46,443 nucleotides of DNA from a virus (IMGVR_UViG_3300039916_000015:1-46443), one strand, 5' to 3'. Numbered from the stretch's first letter, positions 16,186-26,265 are shown. The notes: generated by a model not told the origin, from the letters alone. Numbers and translations: made by a program.

Positions 16186-16975
16186 GGCAGCGGTGTCGAT
16201 GCGACTGAGCGCGGATCAGATCGCGCGGATGGAGGCCAGTCGGGCGCGGCGCGTCGCCGGGCCGGTCGATGTGGTGGTGTCAGGCGTGACGTTGCGGCCG
16301 TCGCAGCGTGACGCGTTGGCCGAGGCTGAACGCCTGGCGGCCGGCGGGCTGGCTGAACGCCGCAAGGCGGCCTCGCTTGTGCGTCTGGTCGAGGCGCAGT
16401 TGAGGGCGGCGCGCGAGGGGGCGGCCGTCGAGGCGGCGATCGAGGACACGCTGCTGCGGGCTGAGATGCGCGGCGAGGTCTTCGAGATCGAGACGGTGGA
16501 CGTCGGGCAGTTCCGGCGAGACGAGAACGGCGGGCTGGCACGGATCAAGGGTCAGCCGATCTTGGACGTGCAGACCGTGCGGCGCGCGCGTCGCGTCGAT
16601 GGGATCGCCAGCCTCTACCGGGCCGGGCACCTCGACGACGACCAGGTGCGGATCGCGGACGAGTATCGTCAACTGGTCGAAGCGGCCCGTCCGCCCGTCG
16701 GCGTCGCGACGATCGAACCGCGCGTGGGTCGGGCGTGGGCGGATCCAGAAGCGCCAATGGCTGCGGCGATCGAGCGCGGACAGGCTGGCGCGCTGCTGTC
16801 GAGGAAGCATGAAGCCTTAACGCCGGGACAGGCCGCCGTGCTCCAAGCCGTCGCCGGTCGCGGTGAGAGCATTCGGGGGCTTGCGGGCGGCGGGCGGCGG
16901 TGGCAGGCGAATCGGTCCCTGCTGATCCAGGCACTTATACTTTCCGACAAAGTTCGGTCGGTCGAGAAAATGTAG
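16178..16975 (+). CDS. Putative late-gene regulator (Q-position, DUF6456-like)
   Basis: Last gene before cos/terminase; SLYRAGHLDDDQVRIADEY motif and C-terminal HTH-like region. Confidence 0.55.
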   Translation: MGKAAVSMRLSADQIARMEASRARRVAGPVDVVVSGVTLRPSQRDALAEAERLAAGGLAERRKAASLVRLVEAQLRAAREGAAVEAAIEDTLLRAEMRGEVFEIETVDVGQFRRDENGGLARIKGQPILDVQTVRRARRVDGIASLYRAGHLDDDQVRIADEYRQLVEAARPPVGVATIEPRVGRAWADPEAPMAAAIERGQAGALLSRKHEALTPGQAAVLQAVAGRGESIRGLAGGGRRWQANRSLLIQALILSDKVRSVEKM

Positions 16976-17034
16976 GTTGTCGGACGGGAACGCTAAGTGC
17001 ATCCGTTCCCTCACTTCCAGAGCTGCGACCCCAG

Positions 17035-17061
17035 CCCGCCCGGCCCTGCCGAGGCGGGTTT
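17035..17061 (+). terminator. Possible tR'-like hairpin upstream of cos
   Basis: CCCGCC-CGG...CCG-A-GGCGGG followed by TTT; short U tract. Confidence 0.4.
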
Positions 17062-17093
17062 CGCATGCCCGCCCTGCCTGCCCTCCCCATTTT

Positions 17094-17220
17094 GGGTCCT
17101 CCCCAGGCGTCGAAACCAATACGGTCGGGCTGGGCGCAGATGTCTCTCGCGGTCGCGTTTCTGAAAAACCTTATGGGTCGTAGCCTTATGACCTTATGGC
17201 CTTCGCCTTATGGCCTTATG
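17094..17220 (+). other. Lambda-type cos site: cosQ GGGTCCT (17094-17100), cosN nick after TACG at 17123, cosB-like CCTTATG repeats
   Basis: Lambda cosQ heptamer, 23 nt to TACG as recalled for lambda; five CCTTATG copies at 17169, 17184, 17192, 17206, 17214 just upstream of terS. Confidence 0.75.
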
Positions 17221-17232
17221 ACGTGAGGGCCT

Positions 17233-17847
17233 GTGATGACAGAATGGGTCTCGCAAGCTGAGGCGGTCCGGCTGTTGTCCGATCTGGGCGACACGATCAG
17301 TCAGCCGGCGCTCTCGCAATATTTGAAGGGGCACCCCGAGGTCGTGCGACGCGACCAAGGGCCGGGTCGATCGCAGTTGATTGATTGGGATACGCTAAAG
17401 AAGTCGCGAGGGACCAGGGCTAGCCGAGGGCCTGCGTCGCAGGCTTCTCTTCCTCGATCGGAGCCATCCGCGCCGCCCATGCTGCCGCTCGAACGGGCGC
17501 CGGAACGGTCTGGGGAGACGGTCGATCTCAGCGCTCGGCGCGCGCGGGCCGATACAGACCGGGCCGAGTTCGAAGCCCGTCGCGCCCGCATCCTTGCGGA
17601 GCAAGCCGAGGGCAAGTTGATCTCGCGCGACGATGCGGTCTCAGCGTTCACGGCTGCCGGCATCGCTCTGACGCGTGCGTTTGAAGAGGGGCGTTTGGTC
17701 TCGGTGGATGACATCAGGGCCGCGCCGGAGCGACGTGACGCACTGCTGGCCATGAAGGTGTACGAGCGAAAGGTCAGGCTAGCCTTCGTCCAGGCGCTGC
17801 GTGAGATCGCGTCAGACGCGGTCCCTGAGGTCGTCGCCGCCGAATGA
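17233..17847 (+). CDS. Terminase small subunit (Nu1-like)
   Basis: N-terminal wHTH, coiled coil and GKLISRDD motif; directly upstream of terL. Confidence 0.8.
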   Translation: MMTEWVSQAEAVRLLSDLGDTISQPALSQYLKGHPEVVRRDQGPGRSQLIDWDTLKKSRGTRASRGPASQASLPRSEPSAPPMLPLERAPERSGETVDLSARRARADTDRAEFEARRARILAEQAEGKLISRDDAVSAFTAAGIALTRAFEEGRLVSVDDIRAAPERRDALLAMKVYERKVRLAFVQALREIASDAVPEVVAAE

Positions 17848-19997
17848 CGGAGCCGATTGTGGGAGCAGGGGCGGCCCCTCTTCTCCTGGCGCTGGCTCGC
17901 GCCGCTGAACCCAAAAAGGACCGGCCGCCTTGGGAATGGGCGGAAGGTCGCATCGTGATCCCGGCCGAGGCGAACACCTCACGACCAGGCCCTTTGTCGT
18001 GGGAAGGTTTCGAGTACTGCCTGGAGCCGCTTGAGAAGCTCGATTACAGCTGCGCCGCGCCGCGCGTTCCGATCATGGCGGCGGGCCAGACCGGCAAGTC
18101 GAACATCGGCGTCGTCTGGGTCGCCTGGACAATCGTCGAACAGCCGCGCCCGATGGGCTTGGCGGTGCCGTCCCGGCCGAAAGCGTCGGCGTTCAACTCG
18201 AAGAAGCTGCAGCCTGTCATCGACAAGACGCCCGATCTATCGGGCGGCGGGCCGGAGGAACTGCCGGCGCTGGTGAACGCCGAGACCTCGACGTCATCAC
18301 AAAAAAATTATCCAGGCGGCGCACTGACGATCTTCTCTGCCGGGTCGGTCAACGACCTCCAATCAGAATCGTTCGGCGCTGTGTGGATCACCGAGTCGCC
18401 GAACTTCCTTCAGGACGTGGGCGGCCGTGGCTCTGCGATGACGCAGATCCGTGTGCGTATGGATGGCTGGGAGGCCGTCGGCACGAAGGAGCTTCATGAG
18501 AGTACGCCCGGCGAAGAGGGGTCGTGCCCCGTCTCGGCGGACTTCGACGCGGGGGATCAGCGTCTGCTCTATCTCCCGTGCCCGCATTGCGATCAGGCAT
18601 TCACGATCGAGTTCGACGACTTCGTTGTTCCCGACAATCCTCATGAGGAGCCGCACGTCATCCCGCCCTGTTGCGGCGACGTCCTGGGCGCGGTCATCGA
18701 AGAGCGGCACATGCCGGCTCTCAAGCGGAGAGTACGCAATCGGTTGGTCGCTGAGAGGATCGGGGTCGTCATCGACGACGACTCCTCGGCCGCTGGTTAT
18801 CTTCCGACATTCGTCTCCGAGAACCCAGCTAACCCAGCGCCGGGTCGGTTCGTCCCTAAGGCGTTGTTCAGCCAGTGGCGAGCGCGTGACACTGAGGGCC
18901 GCAATCCGAGCTACCACTTCTGGCAGATCGTCTCGCCGCTGAAAACGTGGCGCGGTCTGGCGCAGGACTGGCGCGACGCCAAGGGGAAGCCGACTGAGGA
19001 AGCGGCGTTCCGACAGCAGAAGCTGGGGCGGCCGACCGAGGCGGCGATCAAGGCTCCTGGGCACTCGGACATCTACCAGGCTGCGCTGGTGTTCGGTCGC
19101 CGGCGTGGCGAAATCCCGCCGGGCACCTGCTGGCTGTCAGGCCAGGCGGACATTCAAGGCGATCGGATCGAGTGGACGGTCATGGCGCACGGACCGTCGT
19201 TCCGGGCGCGCATCGATCGCGGCGTCATCGAAAAGGATCCGCTGAGCGTCGAAGCCTGGGCCGATCTTGGCAAGGTTCTGGCCCGGCGATGGGAAGGCCC
19301 TGAATGCAGGCCGATTGGACTGGACGCCTTTGGCGTCGACTCGGGCGGCGCGGACGGTGTGACGCCTCGGGCCTATGAGTTCGTTCGCGGTCGGCATAAC
19401 TGCTACGCCATCAAGGGTGCATCGACTTCCCTGCCGCTGCCGACTGATGTCAGTCGTCTGAAGGGCAAGGATACCCGAGGCCGGACGATCAAGGTCTCGC
19501 TTCTGCGCGTCGATACTTACGTCTTCAAGAAGTTCACGGCGTATAGCCTTCGCAACCTGGTCGCCGGCGCAAACACGAAGCCCGAGCCGACGATCATGCC
19601 GGGCACCGTCCTCTATGAGGACGACGCCACGGAAGAGGATTTTCGTCAGCTCACGGCCGAGGCCTTCAAACGCCCCGCCGGAGCGAAGCCGGGGCAGCGC
19701 GGCGAATGGGTGAATGTCGATAGCCGAGCCAACGAGCAGCTCGATCTCGACGTCTATGCCCAGGCGCTCGCCTACCAGAAGGGCCTTCAACGCTGGGACG
19801 CTGCGCGCTGGGATCAAGAGTTCCATGCCCGCGCTCGCGAACCGGGTTCGTCAGAGACGCCCAACCTGTTCGATGCGCCCCCGCCTCCGGTCGAGGATGA
19901 GGGGCCGCAAGCGCCGCGTGCGGCCGAAGTCGGCAATCGTCGCGCCGCCGCGCCAGCCCGCCGTCGGCAAGTCCGAAGCGGATACATGGGAGCCTGA
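17844..19997 (+). CDS. Terminase large subunit (lambda gpA family)
   Basis: Walker A AAGQTGKS, ESTP, GDQRLLYLPCPHC, ADIQGDRIE, VDSGG, NEQLDLDVYA. Confidence 0.95.
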   Translation: MTEPIVGAGAAPLLLALARAAEPKKDRPPWEWAEGRIVIPAEANTSRPGPLSWEGFEYCLEPLEKLDYSCAAPRVPIMAAGQTGKSNIGVVWVAWTIVEQPRPMGLAVPSRPKASAFNSKKLQPVIDKTPDLSGGGPEELPALVNAETSTSSQKNYPGGALTIFSAGSVNDLQSESFGAVWITESPNFLQDVGGRGSAMTQIRVRMDGWEAVGTKELHESTPGEEGSCPVSADFDAGDQRLLYLPCPHCDQAFTIEFDDFVVPDNPHEEPHVIPPCCGDVLGAVIEERHMPALKRRVRNRLVAERIGVVIDDDSSAAGYLPTFVSENPANPAPGRFVPKALFSQWRARDTEGRNPSYHFWQIVSPLKTWRGLAQDWRDAKGKPTEEAAFRQQKLGRPTEAAIKAPGHSDIYQAALVFGRRRGEIPPGTCWLSGQADIQGDRIEWTVMAHGPSFRARIDRGVIEKDPLSVEAWADLGKVLARRWEGPECRPIGLDAFGVDSGGADGVTPRAYEFVRGRHNCYAIKGASTSLPLPTDVSRLKGKDTRGRTIKVSLLRVDTYVFKKFTAYSLRNLVAGANTKPEPTIMPGTVLYEDDATEEDFRQLTAEAFKRPAGAKPGQRGEWVNVDSRANEQLDLDVYAQALAYQKGLQRWDAARWDQEFHARAREPGSSETPNLFDAPPPPVEDEGPQAPRAAEVGNRRAAAPARRRQVRSGYMGA
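19836..19854. repeat. Dispersed palindrome copy 3 (core CGAACCGGGTTCG, 19838-19850)
   Basis: Reverse complement CTGACGAACCCGGTTCGCG is identical to 39553-39571. Confidence 0.85.
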
Positions 19998-19999
19998 TC

Positions 20000-20203
20000 A
20001 TGCAGACACGCGAAGAACTGTCCGCCGAACTGGCGGTTCTGAACGGCCGCCTTTCCGAGGGTTTGGAACGGATCAGCAAGGGTGATCGGTCTGCGCAATA
20101 CAACCTCGATACCATCCGCCGCAGGCGTGATGAGGTGCAGGCCAAGCTTAACCTGTGCGCTCCGACCCCGATGGTTCGGCGTGTCTATGTGAGGGGCTGC
20201 TAG
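20000..20203 (+). CDS. Head-tail adaptor (gpW-like)
   Basis: 67 aa between terL and portal; GDRSAQY. Confidence 0.8.
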   Translation: MQTREELSAELAVLNGRLSEGLERISKGDRSAQYNLDTIRRRRDEVQAKLNLCAPTPMVRRVYVRGC

Positions 20204-21753
20204 TGAGCTGGCTGGACCGGCTCTCGCGACGCAATCCGCCGGCAAGCGCGCTGAAGCGGGCGGGCAAGCGGGACGGTGCGACTGCGATGGTTGGTCAGGC
20301 CGTTGGGCGCCTTGGTCGGCGCCTTGCTGGCTGGAAGGCGGATCGGCGCAACATCAACGCCCTGATGGCGTCAGGTGGTGAAGATCTGCGCGCACGGGCA
20401 CGTCAGATGTGCCGCGAAAATCCTTATGCCTCCAACGCCCTGGAGGCCTTCGTTGCGGCGGCAGTCGGCGCGGGGATCAAGCCGTCATCCATGATTGCCG
20501 ACACGGCGAAGAAGAAGGCGGTCCAGGCAGCATTCCTGATCTGGACGGATGAGGCAGATGCGGACGGCCTGACGGATTTCTACGGTCTTCAGGCCTTGGC
20601 GGCCCGCGCGATGTTCGAAGCGGGCGAGTGTTTCATACGCTTCATCATCACGCCGTCGTCCGATGGGTTGAGCGTGCCGCTCCAGCTGCAGGTGCTTGAG
20701 GCCGAGCATCTTCCATTGAACCACAACGAGGTCTTGGCGAACGGCCACATGATCCGGCACGGGATCGAGTTCGACGCGCGCGGCAAGCGTGTGGCCTATC
20801 ACTTCCTGACGACCCACCCTGGCGAAGGCGCTATGCGCTGGCGTGGATTGAACCGCACCGTTGTGCCGGCGGGCGACGTCATGCATCTGTACCGACCGCT
20901 ACGTCCGGGGCAGGTCCGTGGTCAGCCAGGCATCACGCCCAGCATGATCCGGCTATACCTGCTTGATCAGTACGATGACGCCGAACTGGATCGTAAGCGG
21001 ACGGCCGCCATGTTCGCCGGCTTCATCACGAAGAAGGCGCCGGAAGACGCCGATCCGATCTCGGGGCAGCAAGCAGAGACAGCAGGAGAGACCGCCGTCG
21101 CGCCGATGGAGCCTGGCGCAATGCAGGTTCTGCTCGAAGGCGAAGACGTGAAGTTCTCCGAGCCGACAGAAGTGGGCGGGTCTTACGAAGCATTCCAATA
21201 TCGTTCGCTCTGCGCGATCGGCGCAGGTTGCGGCGTTCCCTATCACCTGGTCAGTGGCGATCTGTCCAAGGCCAACTACGGCAGCCTGCGCGGCGGTCAA
21301 GTCGAGTTCCGCCGTCGCGTCGATCAGTTCCAGCACATGACGCTTGTGTTCCAGTTCTGCCTTCCGGTCTGGCGCCGCTTCCTCGATATGGCGGTTCTCG
21401 TCGGTGCGGTCCCGGTTAGTCCGGCCGAGCTGAGGACTGATCCGACCACGCGCGCCGCGAAGTGGATTCCGCCGCGTTGGGAGTGGGTCGATCCCGCGAA
21501 GGATCGGAACGCCGAACTCATGGCGGTGCGTGCTGGGTTCAAGCCTTTGTCCGACGTGATCGAGGCCGAGGGTTACGATGTTGACGACGTGCTCGATGAC
21601 ATCGCGGCCATGAATATCAAGCTCGATGAACGTGGGATCATCACCGATAGCGACCCGCGCAAGGTGTCCAAGGCCGGCCTGACCCAAGCCCGCGCTCCCG
21701 GCAGCGAGCTGCCTGACAATGTGACCGAACCCGCCGTCCAGTCGGCGGCCTGA
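20203..21753 (+). CDS. Portal protein (lambda family)
   Basis: LRARARQMCRENPYA, GIEFDARGKRVAYH, GQVRGQP, NYGSLRGG, WEWVDPAKD; GTG start at 20203. Confidence 0.95.
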   Translation: MSWLDRLSRRNPPASALKRAGKRDGATAMVGQAVGRLGRRLAGWKADRRNINALMASGGEDLRARARQMCRENPYASNALEAFVAAAVGAGIKPSSMIADTAKKKAVQAAFLIWTDEADADGLTDFYGLQALAARAMFEAGECFIRFIITPSSDGLSVPLQLQVLEAEHLPLNHNEVLANGHMIRHGIEFDARGKRVAYHFLTTHPGEGAMRWRGLNRTVVPAGDVMHLYRPLRPGQVRGQPGITPSMIRLYLLDQYDDAELDRKRTAAMFAGFITKKAPEDADPISGQQAETAGETAVAPMEPGAMQVLLEGEDVKFSEPTEVGGSYEAFQYRSLCAIGAGCGVPYHLVSGDLSKANYGSLRGGQVEFRRRVDQFQHMTLVFQFCLPVWRRFLDMAVLVGAVPVSPAELRTDPTTRAAKWIPPRWEWVDPAKDRNAELMAVRAGFKPLSDVIEAEGYDVDDVLDDIAAMNIKLDERGIITDSDPRKVSKAGLTQARAPGSELPDNVTEPAVQSAA

Positions 21754-21764
21754 AGGAAACCACC

Positions 21765-22805
21765 ATGTCCGTAATCGTCGAGAACTCGACGATCGTGCTC
21801 TCCGGCACGGTCGGCGATATGTATTGGGATGACAGCTTCTCCGCTGCTGAAGTCAGCCTCGCGCTGGCGCAAGTTGGGCATGCGAACGATGTCACCATCC
21901 GGCTCAACAGTGGTGGCGGTATCGCGTCCGAAGGGGCTGCTATCCATGCGGCTATAGCTCGCCACGCGGGGCGTAAAACGATTGTCGTCGAAGGGATCGC
22001 CGCTTCGGCGGCGTTCACGGTCGCCATGGCTGGGGACGAGATCATCGCGACCCCTGGCTCTGTCATGATGATGCACGATCCTTCTGGCTTCACGTTCGGA
22101 ACCGTCGCCGATCACGAAGTTCAAATCCGCGCGCTGACGGCGATCGCAGCCAGCATGGCTGGCGTCTATGCCGCACGGTCCGGCGACGCCCTGGATGTCG
22201 TGCGTGCCGACATGATCTCCGAACTTTGGCTGACGCCAGAAGAGGCGGTGCAGCGCGGCTACGCCGATCGCGTCGGCAACGACGTCGCTGCTGGAAGCGG
22301 CGCGGAGATCATCCAGTTTCCTGAGCGTGAGCCGGCGCCATTCGCCTACGCCCAGTACCAGAACGCCCCCGAGCCGCTCCGTGCGCTCGCGAGCGCAAAC
22401 GGATGGGGCGCCAAGCCTCGTCCATCCCAGGCGGCTAACCCCGTCGTCCCCCAACGTCAGGAACCCATCATGACGACCACACCCCAGGGCGGCGGCCAAA
22501 GCACCGCGCCCACTGCTCCGGCAAACAATGTTGTCGACCTGGACACTGCCCGATCGACGGCCCGGACGGAGGCGCTGACTTACGCGCGCGCTGTCAACGA
22601 GTTGTGCTCGCTCGCCGGTCATGCCGATCGCGCCACGGCGTTCATCGAAAAAGAGACGACGCTGGACGATGTCCGCACGGCCTTGGTCGACATCAAGGCT
22701 CAGGCCGCAGCGACCAACACCATCACCAATCAACCGGCGCCAGGCAAGGGGCGGTTCAGCCTCGCCGGAAATATGCGCGGCCGGTTCGGCCAGAAGGAGG
22801 CCTAA
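21765..22805 (+). CDS. ClpP-type head maturation protease with C-terminal scaffold
   Basis: IRLNSGGG, GIAASAA, MMMHDP, ELWLTPEEAVQRGYAD. Confidence 0.92.
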   Translation: MSVIVENSTIVLSGTVGDMYWDDSFSAAEVSLALAQVGHANDVTIRLNSGGGIASEGAAIHAAIARHAGRKTIVVEGIAASAAFTVAMAGDEIIATPGSVMMMHDPSGFTFGTVADHEVQIRALTAIAASMAGVYAARSGDALDVVRADMISELWLTPEEAVQRGYADRVGNDVAAGSGAEIIQFPEREPAPFAYAQYQNAPEPLRALASANGWGAKPRPSQAANPVVPQRQEPIMTTTPQGGGQSTAPTAPANNVVDLDTARSTARTEALTYARAVNELCSLAGHADRATAFIEKETTLDDVRTALVDIKAQAAATNTITNQPAPGKGRFSLAGNMRGRFGQKEA

Positions 22806-22808
22806 GAC

Positions 22809-23186
22809 ATGGACGCCATCCAGCTTAAGACGGAAACCGACGTCGTTAAGACCGAGGGTCCGAACCGCTACTCGCGCGACGAAGTAACGATCGCATCCGG
22901 CTCGGGTGAGATCGAGATCGGCGAAGTTCTGGGCAAGGTCACTGCCACGGGCAAGTACAAGCCTCTGGCCCCTGCGGCGTCCGACGGCACTCAAACCGCC
23001 GCGCGGATTTCGCTGCAAAGCGCTGATGCGACGGCCGCCGATGCCGTCCGCGTCGTCGTGCTCTCGCGTCACGCCGAAGTCGTTCGTCAGGCGCTGATCT
23101 GGCCCGCCGGCATCACTGACAGCCAGAAGGCCTCGGCCCTGGCCCAACTTGAAACTGCGGGCATTGTCGCTCGCCGGGGGGTTTAA
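22809..23186 (+). CDS. Head decoration protein (gpD-like)
   Basis: YSRDEVTIASG...GEVLGKVTATGKY; between protease and capsid. Confidence 0.9.
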   Translation: MDAIQLKTETDVVKTEGPNRYSRDEVTIASGSGEIEIGEVLGKVTATGKYKPLAPAASDGTQTAARISLQSADATAADAVRVVVLSRHAEVVRQALIWPAGITDSQKASALAQLETAGIVARRGV

Positions 23187-23189
23187 ACC

Positions 23190-24224
23190 ATGGCTACTGT
23201 TCATGACTTGATGAGTGCGCCGGAGTTCGCCGACGACCAGCTGACGATCGCCATCAACATCCCGCCTTACCAGTCTGGGATCCTGGCGCGTCTCGGCCTG
23301 TTCGCCGACACGCCCATCGCCACCACCTATGCCAAGATCGGCATCAAGGATGGGGAGCTAACCATCATTCCCTCGCGTGAGCGCGGCGGCCCTTCGAACA
23401 AGAATATGGGATCGAAGCGTGGCGAGGTTCTGGTCAACGTCCCGCACTTCCCGCTGGACGATGCGATCACGCCGTCGGATGTGCAGAACCTGCTGGTCTA
23501 TGGTGAGGACCGCGTGTTCGAGTCGTTCGGCAATGTGTTGAACGGCAAGCTGATCGAGATCCGTGGCAAGCACGACGCGACCTGGGCGCACATGGATTGG
23601 GGCGCACTCAACGGCCTGGTGCTTGACGCCGACGGTTACGAGATCCTGGACATCTACGAACGCTTCGGTGTGACCCAGGAAACCATCAGCTTGGCGCTGG
23701 GTACAGCCGGCACCGACGTCGCGGAGAAGACCCGCGACGTGAAGGCGCGGGTGCGTAAGGAACTTAAGGGTTCGCCCATGAGCGGGATGCACATCCTAGC
23801 CGGGCCTGAATGGTTCGCGGCCTATACGGCGCACGCGTCCGTCAGGGACGCCTATAAGTTCTTCGCGAACCAGGGGCCCAACCCGAACCGCGACGGCTTG
23901 GAAGATGGCTTCTTCCATGCTGGCTCCGTCATCGAGCGAGTGGATGAAGAGTTCACCGTCCGCCTCGAAAACGGGACGCTTGAAACTCGTCCTGCCATCG
24001 AGCCTGATGAAGCGCTGGCGGTGCCGCTGGGCACCAGCTTCTTCAAGCGGTTCATCTCGCCGCCCGATACGATCGCCGATGCGAACACGGCGCCGAACCC
24101 GACCGACAAGGTCTTCATCTCCACGGCCGAGCGCGATCACGGCAAGGGCTACGACATCCACTCGGAGTCGAACGTTCTGCCGGCGAACCTGCGTCCGCAG
24201 GCCGTCAAACGCCTGACCCTGTAG
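23190..24224 (+). CDS. Major capsid protein (lambda gpE family)
   Basis: LTIAIN.PP...LGLF, VPHFPLDDAITPSDVQ, SESNVLP...RPQAV. Confidence 0.93.
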   Translation: MATVHDLMSAPEFADDQLTIAINIPPYQSGILARLGLFADTPIATTYAKIGIKDGELTIIPSRERGGPSNKNMGSKRGEVLVNVPHFPLDDAITPSDVQNLLVYGEDRVFESFGNVLNGKLIEIRGKHDATWAHMDWGALNGLVLDADGYEILDIYERFGVTQETISLALGTAGTDVAEKTRDVKARVRKELKGSPMSGMHILAGPEWFAAYTAHASVRDAYKFFANQGPNPNRDGLEDGFFHAGSVIERVDEEFTVRLENGTLETRPAIEPDEALAVPLGTSFFKRFISPPDTIADANTAPNPTDKVFISTAERDHGKGYDIHSESNVLPANLRPQAVKRLTL

Positions 24225-24233
24225 GAGGGACCG

Positions 24234-24521
24234 ATGTTCATTCGAATGAAGCGCGACTTTCCCTATCCGGTCGAAGGTCAGAAGGGTGTCACGCGCACCC
24301 TTCCGGCCGGTTGGTCCGGCGAGGTGGACGACGTCGTCGGCAAGGCTGCCGTCAAGGCCGGGTCGGCCGTCACCCAAGGGAAAGCGAAAAAGTCCCGCCG
24401 CTCTCAGGCGAGTGGCGAGCCGTCCCCCGCGCCTGAAGGTGAAGGCGGCGGCGAGGGCCAGGGTGATGGCGAAGGCGGCGGCGCCGAGGGCGAAGGCCCT
24501 GGCGGCGAAGGCAGTCAGTAG
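24234..24521 (+). CDS. Capsid-associated / packaging accessory protein (gpFI position) with Gly-Glu tail
   Basis: GGAGG RBS; low-complexity GEGGGEGQG tail. Confidence 0.65.
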   Translation: MFIRMKRDFPYPVEGQKGVTRTLPAGWSGEVDDVVGKAAVKAGSAVTQGKAKKSRRSQASGEPSPAPEGEGGGEGQGDGEGGGAEGEGPGGEGSQ

Positions 24522-24535
24522 GGCTGACCTCTGAC

Positions 24536-24569
24536 GGGGGGCCGGTTTGTCCGGCCCTCCACCTTTTTT
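24536..24569 (+). terminator. Rho-independent terminator after the capsid genes
   Basis: GGGCCGG-TTTGT-CCGGCCC stem-loop followed shortly by a T run. Confidence 0.7.
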
Positions 24570-24581
24570 ACGGAGGCCGCC

Positions 24582-24911
24582 ATGGGTTTCGCTGACCACC
24601 TCGTCGCGCTCGATGCACAGGCTTTCGTGCACCTGGCTGATGACACAGCCGCCGTTTGGACGTGTGCTGATGGGTTTGCGGCGACCCTTGGCGCCATGCT
24701 TGACACGGTCGAACGTCCCTCGGCCGAGTATGGGGTCTCCATTCTTGAGGCCGCCGACATCGTGCGGTTTGCTCTCGTCCAGATCGATCTCGTCGGCGGC
24801 GGGCGGAAGCCTTCGGCGGGCGATACGATCTCCGTTCGGGGTCGCGCTTATGTGCTTCACGGCGAGGGCTGGCGCGAGAATGACGACTGGCTCTGTCCGG
24901 TTAGTCGCTGA
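24582..24911 (+). CDS. Head-tail joining protein (gpFII-like)
   Basis: GGAGG RBS; PSAGDTISVRGRAY...W motif; synteny. Confidence 0.75.
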   Translation: MGFADHLVALDAQAFVHLADDTAAVWTCADGFAATLGAMLDTVERPSAEYGVSILEAADIVRFALVQIDLVGGGRKPSAGDTISVRGRAYVLHGEGWRENDDWLCPVSR

Positions 24912-25756
24912 TGGTCAGCCTTTCGGGCCGCTCGGCCTGGGGACTGGCGACGGCGGATAGCAGCGCGTCGCGGCCGTCGCGGATTGGCCGCTACAGCGAG
25001 GGCGGCGCAGCCGTTAAGCTGACCGTCGAGAGCGCGTCAGAGGGGGATCTGGGCCTCGCTCTACAGGGCAAGCTTCAGGCCTCGATCGACGACCAGCTGA
25101 AGGCGCTGCACGGCGCCTACTGGCGTGCGATGGACCGGGTTGTTGAAGCCGGCAAGGGGCGGCTGCGGGCGGACATCATCGCTGGCGGCTTCCACAACGC
25201 CCGCTCGCTGGCGAACACCTGGCGCGGCAACGCCTATCCTCGTGACAAGAACAGCCTCGACGTCGCCGGCTGGATCTACACCCGCGCCGGGATGCTGATC
25301 TCGGTGTTCGAGGAGGCGACCGTCATCAAGGTCGCGGGCAACGCCCAGTTCCTGGCCATCCCCTTGGGACCGGCAAAGGCGATCGTCCGTCGCCTGCAGA
25401 AGCAAAAGAATAAGGGCCTAATCGGGCGCAACGCCTGGGGCCGGTTCGAGAAGGATGATTCCTACGTCGAGCAGGTGGCTCGCGCCATGGGCGTGGACCT
25501 TGTGCCGATCATCGCGCCCGATCGTCAGACGGGCGTCCTGGTCGCCGCCGACAAGCGCGCTCTGACCCCGACAGGCCGCAAGGCCAAGGGCCTGTCCAAG
25601 CCGCCCACGCCCCTGTTCGCCCTCGCCAAGACGGCGACCCTGCGCAAGCGGATCAAGGGCCAAGCCCTGCTTGACGAGATCATGAAGAATTTCCCCAGCG
25701 ACTTCGTCCACGCCCTGATGGGCGAACTGGCCGTCGACCAGAGAGAGGCCGGCTGA
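24911..25756 (+). CDS. Neck / tail completion protein (DUF6441-like)
   Basis: RSLANTWRGNAYP...FEEATVI...FLAIP; synteny; start uncertain. Confidence 0.7.
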   Translation: MVSLSGRSAWGLATADSSASRPSRIGRYSEGGAAVKLTVESASEGDLGLALQGKLQASIDDQLKALHGAYWRAMDRVVEAGKGRLRADIIAGGFHNARSLANTWRGNAYPRDKNSLDVAGWIYTRAGMLISVFEEATVIKVAGNAQFLAIPLGPAKAIVRRLQKQKNKGLIGRNAWGRFEKDDSYVEQVARAMGVDLVPIIAPDRQTGVLVAADKRALTPTGRKAKGLSKPPTPLFALAKTATLRKRIKGQALLDEIMKNFPSDFVHALMGELAVDQREAG

Positions 25757-26265
25757 TGACCACTCGTGAGGCCTTGCTCAATGCTCTGGTCGTCTTGGCC
25801 GCCAGCGATCCGTCGCTGCCGCCGGCCGAGCTGGATGAACCCGAGCCGACGCGGTGGGCGACACGCTTGGGCGGCGCCGCCATCGCCGGTGAACTGCAGC
25901 ACGCCATGGCCGTCCAGGACGACACGCCGGAAAGCCTCGCCTTTGTGAGGGGCGCAGAAATCGACGAGGCGGGCGAAGAACTCGAGTTCACGCCTGTCAT
26001 CGCCTACGCCGTCCAGGCCAAGCCGGGCGCTGGCGATACGACGGCTGCGCTCAGGGAAGCGCGTCGTCTCGCGCGCGACGAAGGCGTCAGGCTGATCGCG
26101 GATCTGATCGCCAACGACCGCACCCTCGGCGTGGAGGCCGAAGTCTATGCGGAGGTGATGCCGCCGGTCCGCGACGACGACGTCGCCTTCGCAAACGCCC
26201 TGCCCGCCGCCACGGCGCTGATCCCTGTCCGCATTCTCTACACCGGCCGCGACGCGGCCTCCTGA
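25756..26265 (+). CDS. Tail terminator (gpU-like)
   Basis: MTTREALLNAL...LIANDRTLG; synteny. Confidence 0.7.
   Translation: MTTREALLNALVVLAASDPSLPPAELDEPEPTRWATRLGGAAIAGELQHAMAVQDDTPESLAFVRGAEIDEAGEELEFTPVIAYAVQAKPGAGDTTAALREARRLARDEGVRLIADLIANDRTLGVEAEVYAEVMPPVRDDDVAFANALPAATALIPVRILYTGRDAAS

Noticed and set aside
17169-17220. CCTTATG repeats or the origin iterons as a CRISPR array
   Set aside because: Repeats are too short, there are no unique spacers and no cas genes; better explained as cosB and ori
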